Origin: an uncultured Candidatus Poseidoniales archaeon | GTDB taxonomy: Archaea; Thermoplasmatota; Poseidoniia; Poseidoniales; Thalassarchaeaceae | Length of the DNA: 42,168 nt | Direction of reading: 5' to 3' | Assembly: GCA_964644485.1 (NCBI GenBank) | Contig: CAZXVR010000001.1 | Span: forward strand, 1-42,168 | In this document: piece by piece, positions 11,101-19,165 of the stretch | Position numbering within the stretch: position 1 is the first letter of the stretch | Layout of the letters: each line of letters opens with the position of its first letter | The notes under the pieces: generated by a model | Seen by the model: the letters and a program-made list of their open reading frames with translations, nothing else | Database searches by the model: none | Told to the model about the DNA's origin: nothing | Translations under genes and position numbers: made by a program

Positions 11101-14100
11101 TGACGAAGGTATGGTGCTCTATGCAGATGCTGATATCACATGGACGTGGGCAAATGGCATTCATGATTCGATGCAAGCTGGAGAATATCGAATTCTAGAA
11201 TATCCTTTGACTTCAATCCAAAACCAATCTGAACCCTCACATTTCTCGTTCATTGGTATTGCAATCTCATGGGAATCTACCGATTCAATAACAGAATTGG
11301 GTTCTACACTTCGTGATATTCAATCAGATGCCGTGAACGGAACCGGGCCCGCAACCATCCACTCTGGCAATTTGCAGATTCCAATTGTCCTTGAAGCAGA
11401 TCAGGGTGGTGTTGCCCTCACTGGTTCCATTTCACATGCTCAACGAATTGTGAATGAAATCACTTCTGTGCCGAGTGGGACCATGGTTCCAGATGAGAAT
11501 GTGACAATTGTAACGTATCATTCTCATCTCTTTGATCGAGGCCTGTTAGATGTGGCGATTTTACGCCTACAAACAAGTGAAGGCATTGACATCGAGATCC
11601 ATATTGATGATTTATCAGGGCAACCAATTGCTACGCAAGTTTTCGGTTCTGAACAAATGCTACTCCAATCGTTTATTCTACAACCAGTGAGTGATGCTTC
11701 ATATCAAATTCAGTGGAATTTACAGGCCCAATGGACTTTTGATGATCAAGATTGGATTCGAGTATTGGCTGAAGTGGTTGAATTCGATGGATTTACCCTT
11801 GGACCGGGTCATGCCATGATTGGTGGTTCTAACCATCAAGCGATGGAGAACGATTTGGAAGTGGTTTCTTGGGATGTTAGAGATGAACAATCACGCCTTT
11901 TGTCAAATACGTGGGATGCGAGATACCCGCTACACGCGAAAGCAGGTTCTACCATTGACGTATCAGGAGTTGTTAGGTTCGAGGGCCAAGCCAATCAGCA
12001 CCCTTCAGCAGATGCCTATCGGGTCGCTTTGGAACTTGAGACAAACAACGGAACCCTGCAATCGATTGGCCAGAGTGGAATCGGTGGTCATTTTGACGCG
12101 AGTATCGAATTGCCAATGACACCAGGCAACGTATCAATCTCACCATGGATATTGCAAATCGGTCCATCAGGCATACCGACTTTAGGTGCAGAGGATGCTT
12201 CTGGTGGGTCCCTATCGATCGAAGTTCGAGTTGATTCGGGACACCCTTCGCTTGGTCCTCTGATGATTCATACCCCTGAAGGGGGTCAACTGGCCGACGG
12301 CAACATATTGTCTCCTGAACGAACCATTCCATTCTGGATTGAAGTTCACGATGATGAACTATTGCAATCCTTCGTTAATTTGAGGTGCTGGTTCGAAACC
12401 TACGATGATGTCGATCAAGATGGTATCCCTGACGAGATTGAGTATGGTGAATCCATGCAGTTCCTTGGTGGTGCGCCACGGGGTACAATCCGTGTTGATT
12501 TCCCTGCTGTAAGTATCGCCGGGATGGAAGATGGCGATCGAATATCATGTTACATTGACGGAAGCGATTTTGCAGGATTCCCATACTCCGATGCAGGCGA
12601 ACCAGGATTTGACAACGATTTGGCAACAATGGTGATTGAAACCCAACAGCCTACCCAGGTTTCCTTGCCATCGATTACACTAGATCGGCATGAAGACATG
12701 GCTTTATTGCAAGGTATCGAGCACACGTTTTCATTCACCTTCCAAGATGGAAACGGCCTCAATTCCATTGATTTAATCGAAATAGATGTTTCAGGTGATG
12801 GACAAGGAATCATCCAATACTATCCACTACAGGATCGATTGACAACGGACGAAGAATCTTCCATCGTCCCACTGGATATCGTGACTGAATCACTAGGTGA
12901 TGATGCATATCGAGTCGCTGTATCCTTTGCGATTGATTTCCATGCACCTGACGCCTGGTTAGAAGGTGCATGGGTCCCATCACTTCGAATGATTGAGGAC
13001 GGAGAACTGGTTTCAAGTGGCGCGACAAATCTAGAACATCTAGGATGGGCGTTGGACAATCGATTGATGTGGAATGTCGATGAGATACTCGATTTAACAA
13101 TCCCATCGATGCCTGCATATGAGAACAGGCTTAACCTTCAACCCGGCGACTCCATGCATTTTCAAGCGTCAGTTTCGCATAGAGAAACCAATGTTCCCCT
13201 TGCTATTCATTTGCCAACATTTTCTGAGATTCATGTGACAATCGAAGGAGGCACCAACCCATATTCAGCTTTGCACGAATCGAACGGTGCAGGGTTTAGT
13301 GCTACGATTGATTTTGAAATAGGCCATTGGCCAGGTCCGATTCATATGGTTCAATTCGGTTTGGCAAACAAGAGTGATTTGAACTCAAGTTTACCAGACA
13401 TGGCATTTGAAGTTGCAATCGACAATGTTGCACCAAGAATCGAATTCCAATCTACAAGCCTTGTACATCTTCGATCTGATACTCTCAATAATCAGCTTGT
13501 AGCATTCACTGTTATCGATGAAGGTGGAATGGGCGACCAAGGTCTAGAAGTCCATTGGAAATTCCGTCGCGGTGGAATAGACATTATTGGCTCTGAGGGG
13601 CATATGGATATGGGCTTAGGTGTCCATTCCGATTCATCATGGGTCTACTCAAATTATGTTGATTTCACCCCTGCAACAGACGTATACCCCAATGATTTGT
13701 TATTGGTTTGGGTTGAAGGTCAAGATTTGGCTGGCAATGCGCTTGAGGGACCCGGTACCCAAGATATTCCACGAATTCCAGCCTTTGAAGTGATGCATTT
13801 CACACCTGAACTACTTTCCATATGGACTGATCCACCTGCCCCAGAAGTTGGGCAAAATATCCGTATTGATGTTCGAATTAGCAATCTTGGAAATCTAGGG
13901 GGAAACCTCACAGCAGGTATTTGGGCATGGGAATCCAGAACAAATACGGGCCTCCAAATCATCGATTTGAGCAGCCAAAACATATCGCTTGACCCTCGGC
14001 AAGCAACGCTGGTATCGTTTCAATTTGAAGCATGGAGGGAAGGGGATCTACAAGTATATCTCATTCTCGATGAAAATGAATCATCTCGCATCCCCATCGA

Positions 14101-14371
14101 CCTCCCTCCAATACGTGAAGAAGGTGCTAGTCTGAGTTGGTTTGAACGGGTATTTGGGGATGGGCCATTGGTTGTCAGTCTCCTCATCCTAGCATGCACC
14201 GCATTGGGTTTTGGAACTGCTTTACTGTGGCTTCGAGAGGAAGATGAGGAAACCGATGACGAGTGGGATGGTGAAAGTCGGGACTGGCCGGACCCACCCA
14301 CTGAGTTCCCCGACGAAACTCCACCCCCAATCCCACCGGGGCTGGGGGATGTTGATGAAGAGGAAGAATGA
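8186..14371 (+). CDS. Giant (about 2061 aa) membrane-anchored surface protein / putative adhesin
   Basis: Signal peptide MRTATLLVLLMLFAPFAQA at ATG 8186. Three beta-sandwich modules carry Asp-box-like motifs (SIDGGVTW, SSDNVSW, SVDNGTSW). Each ends in GWYVDEVTI / GVFIDDMSI / GWYIDDVGV, as in InhA/MAM-like domains. A CARDB-like module (RIDVRISNLGNLGGNL) lies near the C-terminus, and NxS/T sequons are numerous. There is a single C-terminal TM helix (LVVSLLILACTALGFGTALLWL) and a 45-aa acidic/Pro-rich tail. Confidence 0.8.
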   Translation: MRTATLLVLLMLFAPFAQAIDSPYIGDSEVIVQPNGNGVLSNLTEDSFEIPVNSTIIDGWVNVSTGANGDGGTGQHWIADNPSLNFSHGEFDGTSISVFENELTLGVNHTVGRLDDLETLSLQFQQYTTGGSADVWRMSEPSQFNGAFAMNYSARQAAGGLIPSLASDGSLIAATLPEDSLPAGTYAWLTSPPSSIPTLANHWKFSFNHWYHLHHTNQSTGSSGAWVEVSIDGGVTWNYVEPIGGYNWNISSSAPVPNGASGSGFGVFGGPDASGWINSTFDITHLHHSTAIGMQHRFVVWTDPAGTVDRPGWYVDEVTISNDGETPGSWFHGSLTGEYAADAHAHLTIPIQLNTSSGTSGAWMIRYWTDFDLEGGSWDKFEVRVSSDNVSWHRMSPVGGIPGPYGLTVGGQTIMEDTGGWIEVSHPFPSSFTVPSNGSLMLRITVETDQMPSSGYGGSLDPPEGVFIDDMSITRTQAGTTDVMWSENFTTNGGYWHGLLPGGIYDQWQYLSNWGNNGPWETTWSFEGAPLIADGWHVQTPYGQAWEFGAVSNASGWGPSSWPSGQIGVAMGLDNRHAANSWSHLISPSYHIPAGASARVSFDHFICAEPGWDGGALYTSVDNGTSWQIYGQDIPLFYDVQHWNNAQSPLYQKWVWDGSNQKGGGCSSNKSFTHVEGDLSSFGGQDVMLRFSFFSDPFIEMDGWYIDDVGVIVDWFESNGSWTSDLILDNPYGFAPTIDVDANVPDSAWVKASLVDANGILLTGLYESENISYPVLPSGDSYRIRVEFGTTDHQLTPRIVGLHSGAVRILNTADGTNGWNIPPALAHDDIDGNLSNPTLNTIRISASSAYGDAPIEEVSIIAESAGAVFQLWDGQGTLLASGMLNNQSIVLPHAAVNIRPTIDLQPGGWVRYASFTGHLGAPMTNGTLDVGGDGIIDWSWDFEPYGAFGWYDGHHLQNNTSQPQWGSPWAVIDEGMVLYADADITWTWANGIHDSMQAGEYRILEYPLTSIQNQSEPSHFSFIGIAISWESTDSITELGSTLRDIQSDAVNGTGPATIHSGNLQIPIVLEADQGGVALTGSISHAQRIVNEITSVPSGTMVPDENVTIVTYHSHLFDRGLLDVAILRLQTSEGIDIEIHIDDLSGQPIATQVFGSEQMLLQSFILQPVSDASYQIQWNLQAQWTFDDQDWIRVLAEVVEFDGFTLGPGHAMIGGSNHQAMENDLEVVSWDVRDEQSRLLSNTWDARYPLHAKAGSTIDVSGVVRFEGQANQHPSADAYRVALELETNNGTLQSIGQSGIGGHFDASIELPMTPGNVSISPWILQIGPSGIPTLGAEDASGGSLSIEVRVDSGHPSLGPLMIHTPEGGQLADGNILSPERTIPFWIEVHDDELLQSFVNLRCWFETYDDVDQDGIPDEIEYGESMQFLGGAPRGTIRVDFPAVSIAGMEDGDRISCYIDGSDFAGFPYSDAGEPGFDNDLATMVIETQQPTQVSLPSITLDRHEDMALLQGIEHTFSFTFQDGNGLNSIDLIEIDVSGDGQGIIQYYPLQDRLTTDEESSIVPLDIVTESLGDDAYRVAVSFAIDFHAPDAWLEGAWVPSLRMIEDGELVSSGATNLEHLGWALDNRLMWNVDEILDLTIPSMPAYENRLNLQPGDSMHFQASVSHRETNVPLAIHLPTFSEIHVTIEGGTNPYSALHESNGAGFSATIDFEIGHWPGPIHMVQFGLANKSDLNSSLPDMAFEVAIDNVAPRIEFQSTSLVHLRSDTLNNQLVAFTVIDEGGMGDQGLEVHWKFRRGGIDIIGSEGHMDMGLGVHSDSSWVYSNYVDFTPATDVYPNDLLLVWVEGQDLAGNALEGPGTQDIPRIPAFEVMHFTPELLSIWTDPPAPEVGQNIRIDVRISNLGNLGGNLTAGIWAWESRTNTGLQIIDLSSQNISLDPRQATLVSFQFEAWREGDLQVYLILDENESSRIPIDLPPIREEGASLSWFERVFGDGPLVVSLLILACTALGFGTALLWLREEDEETDDEWDGESRDWPDPPTEFPDETPPPIPPGLGDVDEEEE

Positions 14372-14399
14372 ACATTAAGAAATCTGTCGCCGATTCCTC

Positions 14400-14484
14400 G
14401 CAGGGGTTCCCGAGTGGTCAAAGGGGGCGGACTCAAGATCCGCTGTCAAGCGCTTCGCAGGTTCGAATCCTGCCCCCTGCACCA
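14400..14484 (+). tRNA. tRNA-Leu (anticodon CAA), class II with long variable arm, CCA encoded
   Basis: Acceptor gcagggg/cccctgc. Anticodon stem-loop gcgga-CTCAAGA-tccgc, long variable arm tgtcaagcgcttcgca, T-arm gcagg-ttcgaat-cctgc, then A-CCA. Confidence 0.9.
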
Positions 14485-14521
14485 ATTGAAAAATTGATTT
14501 CCCAATTGGAAAATTCAATTT
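14479..14521. promoter_or_regulatory. Bipartite CAATTG-core element, copy A
   Basis: CAATTG at 14483-14488 and 14503-14508, exactly 20 bp apart. The second half is tttcCCAATTGGAAAATtcaattt. The element starts inside the CCA end of tRNA-Leu. CCAATTGG ends 73 nt before the ATPase ATG. Confidence 0.55.
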
Positions 14522-14581
14522 GAACTCAATCCAATACACCACAATAGCGAGGTTCAAACCCCCCGCACCTTTCGCAGCCCC

Positions 14582-17278
14582 ATGGACGAATCCGAAGACT
14601 TCATCCTCGTAGAGGATGAGAATGACTTATCGGAGCCGGAAAACCCCCTCCCAGAGGCCATGCCAGATGCTCAGAAAGTCGCATTAAGTGAGCGTTTTTC
14701 CAGATTAACCAAAGGATTGTCTGTTCAAGTGGATGCCGTCAAGGATCGCCTAAAGCCACGCTTAGATGTCGTTGCCGAAGTTGAGGATACAGAAATTCCT
14801 GATTCAGAAGACATGTCACTGGAAATTGATGGAGTTCACACCTTTGAATGGCCGATTAAGGGAATGGATTGTCCGGATTGTGCCGCCAAAGCAAAGCGGG
14901 CCACGCAAAGATTGCCAGGAGTCCGCAAAGTCAGCATCTCAGCCACCATGGGCACCGCCTCGGTTACAATTGACCTTGGGGAGGGCCATACATCGAAGGT
15001 GTCATCTCTTCTCAGCAGTCTTGGTCATGAACCCGATATATCATGGCAGAGAATACAAGGTATAACGGCAACAGGCCTCGCGGAAAAAAATGGAGTTGGG
15101 CGTACTGAACTTCGCTTATTGCTAACTCAAGTACCGGGGGTTCTCGATGTTCGGTTTGAAGATGCTAGTGTAGAGTTACAAGTTGTTCCACATATCAGTA
15201 AGGAGATTGCGATTGAATTGGAAAATGGATTGGAACGAATCATCGGATCTCGAGCATCACTAAAGGAGGTTCAAAATCGAAGATTGGATTCCGGACAATG
15301 GCGTCTTGTTTCAAGTGTACCAGCAATTCTAATCTTGATTGCAATTGTTGTAATTCCCAGCCTAAATGAAAACGTTGTAATGTCATTGACATTGCTTGGA
15401 GTAGCTCTTTCGGGGTGGCGCATGTTCCTCGATGCTTGGGGTGGGCTCAAGAACAAAGAGTTCGGGTTTCAATTGTTGACATCCCTCGCCGTGATTGGAG
15501 CATTCTTCGGTCAACATTGGTCCGAGGCCCTCATCGTTTCAATTCTTGTTGCTATCGCAGCCCATATGGAAGAATCAGCGTTGATGAAAGCGAGACAAGC
15601 GATGCAGGGCGGTTTGGATCGACTTCCGCGCAGGGCACGCCGCGCAGCCTCACAGAAGAAGAAAATAACCAGCATTTCACTGATGCCCACCAGCCAGCAA
15701 ATGCTCACCACCAATCCCATTTCGGATTGTGTAGATGATGATGATGAAATGGTCTCAATCGAGCTTCTTGAAACAGGGGATCGAATTGAGATTCGCAGTG
15801 GAGAAATAGTTCCAGTCGATGGGATTGTAATCGAAGGAATCGGTTCGCTGAATCGTGCTCCTTTAACAGGTGAAAGTATACCCATACGCGTAGCAGAAGG
15901 TGACGAGGTTCACGCTGGTTTGGTCCTCGATCGAGGACCGATAATCGTTGAATCTACAGCCATTGGGGTTGCCACTCGTTTATCCGGTCTTATCGACGAA
16001 GTTCGCACGTTCCGAGATCGCCCTCCGCGTGTACAAGCAACCCTTGAAACATTCTCCCAGTGGTGGGTTCCTCTCGTTCTGGTTGGTGCACCTCTGATTG
16101 GATTGATGACCAGCGATATCCGTCTGACGCTCTTGTTGTGGGTTGTCGCTTGCCCTTGTGCTCTATTGCTGGCCGCCCCCGTCCCTCATGCTGCCGCCCT
16201 TTCGACAGCATCACTATCAGGGGTTGTTGCTAGAGGCGGAGATGCGTTGGAGGCGGCAGCTAGAATCGACCTAGCACTGTTGGATAAGACAGGGACACTG
16301 ACCAGTGGACACCCTCGCCTAGATGAGATTCGTATCCTCAAGGGACAGAAACGTGATTCGATTCTCAAATTGGCCGCGGGACTTGAGCAACGCTCCAACC
16401 ATCCATACGCCGCAGTCATATTGCGTGAGGCCGAATCAGTCGGTGCATATGATGTGAAATCTCTCAAAGATGGGGATGCAGGCGTCGAAGGGAAACACAG
16501 CGGGAAGAAAGTGATGTTTGGGCGTAAGGATTGGTTGATTCGAGAAGGGGTCGAGATATCGGATGACTTGTTGAAAGATCTCAATGCGGATCATGGCCTA
16601 TCGTTGTTGGCGAAAAATGGCGAAGCAGTTGCAGCATTCACTTTCATTCATGACGATTTACGACCGGGTGCTGCGGAGATGATTCATGATCTCCAATCCA
16701 TGGGAGTGGCCGTCGAACTTCTCTCTGGAGATGCTCAGGCCGCAGTAGAATCACTGGGTAAAGAAGTAGGAATATCTCCAATGTATTGTAGGGGTGAAAT
16801 TGACCCAGAAGGTAAGGCACTTTGGGTTGAACGCCGAAGCCAAGGACGCCACACATTGATGGCCGGAGACGGATTTAATGACGCTGCAGCATTGGCGATT
16901 GCTGACCTCGGTATCGCTGTAGGAAGTGGTGAGCAAGTCAATCTTGATGCTGCTGATGTTCTCATCCCTGGAGAAGATCCGCGCGCCATCACATCGTTGA
17001 TTCGAATCGCCAAACGTACGCGTGCAATCGTTCAATTTAACATCGCAATTTCTATTCTGGTCACAGTATTCCTCGTTGGAGCTGTGCTAACGGGATTGGA
17101 TAGTTTGGCCATTGCTGTGCTCGTGCATGAACTCAGCGTGTTCATCGTTATATTGAATGGTGCGTTTATCGCAACATCCGGCAATAGAATCAATTTATTC
17201 TTTTCAGTGTTCATTTCAATCTTCAATGACTATACTGAAGCATTCAGATTGCTCATGTCTAGACAAACCACACAATGA
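14582..17278 (+). CDS. Heavy-metal-translocating P1B-type ATPase
   Basis: N-terminal HMA domain with GMDCPDCAAKAKRA. Transmembrane CPC motif (VVACPCALLLAAP), phosphorylation site DKTGTLT, hinge GDGFNDAAAL, and last TM VHELSVFIVILN. Metal specificity cannot be assigned from motifs alone. Confidence 0.92.
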   Translation: MDESEDFILVEDENDLSEPENPLPEAMPDAQKVALSERFSRLTKGLSVQVDAVKDRLKPRLDVVAEVEDTEIPDSEDMSLEIDGVHTFEWPIKGMDCPDCAAKAKRATQRLPGVRKVSISATMGTASVTIDLGEGHTSKVSSLLSSLGHEPDISWQRIQGITATGLAEKNGVGRTELRLLLTQVPGVLDVRFEDASVELQVVPHISKEIAIELENGLERIIGSRASLKEVQNRRLDSGQWRLVSSVPAILILIAIVVIPSLNENVVMSLTLLGVALSGWRMFLDAWGGLKNKEFGFQLLTSLAVIGAFFGQHWSEALIVSILVAIAAHMEESALMKARQAMQGGLDRLPRRARRAASQKKKITSISLMPTSQQMLTTNPISDCVDDDDEMVSIELLETGDRIEIRSGEIVPVDGIVIEGIGSLNRAPLTGESIPIRVAEGDEVHAGLVLDRGPIIVESTAIGVATRLSGLIDEVRTFRDRPPRVQATLETFSQWWVPLVLVGAPLIGLMTSDIRLTLLLWVVACPCALLLAAPVPHAAALSTASLSGVVARGGDALEAAARIDLALLDKTGTLTSGHPRLDEIRILKGQKRDSILKLAAGLEQRSNHPYAAVILREAESVGAYDVKSLKDGDAGVEGKHSGKKVMFGRKDWLIREGVEISDDLLKDLNADHGLSLLAKNGEAVAAFTFIHDDLRPGAAEMIHDLQSMGVAVELLSGDAQAAVESLGKEVGISPMYCRGEIDPEGKALWVERRSQGRHTLMAGDGFNDAAALAIADLGIAVGSGEQVNLDAADVLIPGEDPRAITSLIRIAKRTRAIVQFNIAISILVTVFLVGAVLTGLDSLAIAVLVHELSVFIVILNGAFIATSGNRINLFFSVFISIFNDYTEAFRLLMSRQTTQ

Positions 17279-17300
17279 ATCAGAACTAACCTTCGCCGCT

Positions 17301-17810
17301 TTGATATACGCGGATGAACCGACCGGTTATGAGGGGCCACCGGTGAGCAAGATTCGAGTCGATGGCCGCACCATGGCGCTATCCCACCCAACCCGTCTTG
17401 CAATGTATGAAGAACTCCTCAATGCTGAGGAAATGTCAACGGTCATGCTGCAAAAGAGCATTGGTGTCACTCGATATCACCTATACCATCACTTACAATC
17501 CCTTGAGAAGAATGGATTGGTTGAAAATCACAGAGATGAAGGTCGAGCACGATGGTGGAGGGTTACAGAGAGGATTCCCGTGACCCCTGTAGCCGGTAAC
17601 GACTGGGTCGGCAACTTACCTACCGAGGCCCGTGCCCTGTTGGAATCCGGCGCTTCAATCCACTTCATTCCAATTCCCGAGGGCTCAAGTGATATTTCAG
17701 CTACCAAGAAAACACTCGATGGAATGGCTGAGATATTTGATGTCGAAACCACTCCTTTAACACTCATGCCAAATGGCATTCTTGTCATTGGTCCACCCAA
17801 GCGTTCCTAA
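17301..17810 (+). CDS. ArsR/SmtB-family winged-helix transcriptional regulator with an uncharacterised C-terminal half
   Basis: ALSHPTRLAMYEELLNAEEMSTVMLQKSIGVTRYHLYHHLQSLEKNGLVENHRDEGRARWWRV fits the ArsR HTH pattern. The start is uncertain (ATG 17226, TTG 17301, GTG 17343 or ATG 17373). The longest ORF overlaps the ATPase 3' end. Confidence 0.7.
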   Translation: MIYADEPTGYEGPPVSKIRVDGRTMALSHPTRLAMYEELLNAEEMSTVMLQKSIGVTRYHLYHHLQSLEKNGLVENHRDEGRARWWRVTERIPVTPVAGNDWVGNLPTEARALLESGASIHFIPIPEGSSDISATKKTLDGMAEIFDVETTPLTLMPNGILVIGPPKRS

Positions 17811-17822
17811 TGGAGGGATACC

Positions 17823-18218
17823 ATGACCGACGAAGTTCAAGAAATTGAATCGAAGGTAGCCCCTCCTACCGTACACTGTCCAAACTGTGAGAGTATGCTT
17901 CCACACGAACTTGGTGAAGTCACCTGTTCTGTTTGCTCTGCCGTCTCACGTATTGATCACAAGCCTACGCGCGATAATTGGTTGGATGAAAAGGTCAGTT
18001 GTCCTAATTGTCCGAAGATTCTGCGCGTGGGTGTTGATGAGAGGCCTTGCGCTCTCCGTTGCTCGTCCTGTCAATCAGTATTCAAGATTACAAGACACAT
18101 CGTCAAAGTTGAATTGGCTTGCCCATCCTGTGAACGTGAACTTAGAATTCGCCCCCGCCCAGGGAAGAGAAGTTTGAGTTGTCCCGCTTGTTCAGAGTCA
18201 TTTAATGTGACTTTTTGA
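17823..18218 (+). CDS. Cys-rich protein with three tandem zinc-ribbon modules
   Basis: Three repeats of about 40 aa, each with two CxxC knuckles: CPNC...CSVC, CPNC...CSSC, CPSC...CPAC. The gene starts 12 nt after the ArsR stop, and its stop overlaps the next start (TTGA). Confidence 0.7.
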   Translation: MTDEVQEIESKVAPPTVHCPNCESMLPHELGEVTCSVCSAVSRIDHKPTRDNWLDEKVSCPNCPKILRVGVDERPCALRCSSCQSVFKITRHIVKVELACPSCERELRIRPRPGKRSLSCPACSESFNVTF

Positions 18219-19123
18219 CCGATTCCGGGAAAGAGTTGAAGCCCGGAAAAGGTTTCGTCATCGGTATGAAGACGACCTTTCGTCTGATGGGTATTGCCGA
18301 TTGGGTGACATTGGGAAATGGTTTGCTCGGCACACTCTCAATTCTACTACTCATTTTGGCCTTTGATGGATTCGCCTCAACGGATGGCAGCCATATGTCT
18401 GAAGTTTACATATGGGGCGCCATGTTATTCATTTTGCTTTCAGTAATTGGTGATGCGATCGATGGTCCAATCGCTCGTCGATATTCAAAGCGTAGACATT
18501 TGGGAAGCTACCTAGATTTGATGTCGGATTCAGTCTCCTTTGGAGTCGCACCGGCATTGCTTGTGTTTGGAATGTTCAGCCGCTGGGGTGAGGCGGCTCC
18601 ATATTGGACGGTACCTTTGGCCATGGCGTGTTGTTGGATTGTAGTCTGCACCATGTTACGCCTCGCTCGATTTCAGTATGAATCCGATAACGAATATCCT
18701 TGGTTTCACGGACTCGCTAGTCCTGGAAACGCCCTCATTCTAATATCTCTATCAGGATTCGTTTGGATTCAGCCAGAGGCGCTGGGCCCCGATTTAATCG
18801 AATGGAAATATGGGGACGGTGATCATCCTGCTTTAGATTGGGTAATGCTTCCTGGATGCCTCATATCTGGGTCATTGATGATTTCTGATCGACGTTTACC
18901 CAAGTACAAGAAGGGTTGGAAGGCGATGATGATGTATGTGTTGATGCTATTATTACTGATAGCCATCACTATTCAAATCGCTGGGTATTCTGATGGATTT
19001 GGTTCTCAGGTGACTCTTTCCTTGTTTCTAATATCACTACTGGTTATCATTTTCCATGTGGTGATGGGGCCCACCATTTGCGAGAACGAATGGGGGCCAA
19101 TCCAGGGTGAAGCAGATGATTAA
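18215..19123 (+). CDS. CDP-alcohol phosphatidyltransferase (archaetidylserine-synthase-like)
   Basis: Exact signature DG-x2-AR-x8-G-x3-D-x3-D in DGPIARRYSKRRHLGSYLDLMSD, plus multiple TM helices. TTG start at 18215 overlaps the upstream stop; the alternative ATG is at 18266. Confidence 0.85.
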   Translation: MTDSGKELKPGKGFVIGMKTTFRLMGIADWVTLGNGLLGTLSILLLILAFDGFASTDGSHMSEVYIWGAMLFILLSVIGDAIDGPIARRYSKRRHLGSYLDLMSDSVSFGVAPALLVFGMFSRWGEAAPYWTVPLAMACCWIVVCTMLRLARFQYESDNEYPWFHGLASPGNALILISLSGFVWIQPEALGPDLIEWKYGDGDHPALDWVMLPGCLISGSLMISDRRLPKYKKGWKAMMMYVLMLLLLIAITIQIAGYSDGFGSQVTLSLFLISLLVIIFHVVMGPTICENEWGPIQGEADD

Positions 19124-19165
19124 TTCCGGAGCACACCATAGGGTCGGATAATCCACCTGACGAGT

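Noticed and set aside
14400-17810. tRNA-Leu as the integration site of a metal-resistance island (ATPase + ArsR)
   Set aside because: I found no direct repeat of the tRNA 3' end downstream, no integrase and no obvious compositional break. The sequence after the tRNA is instead the recurrent CAATTG element.
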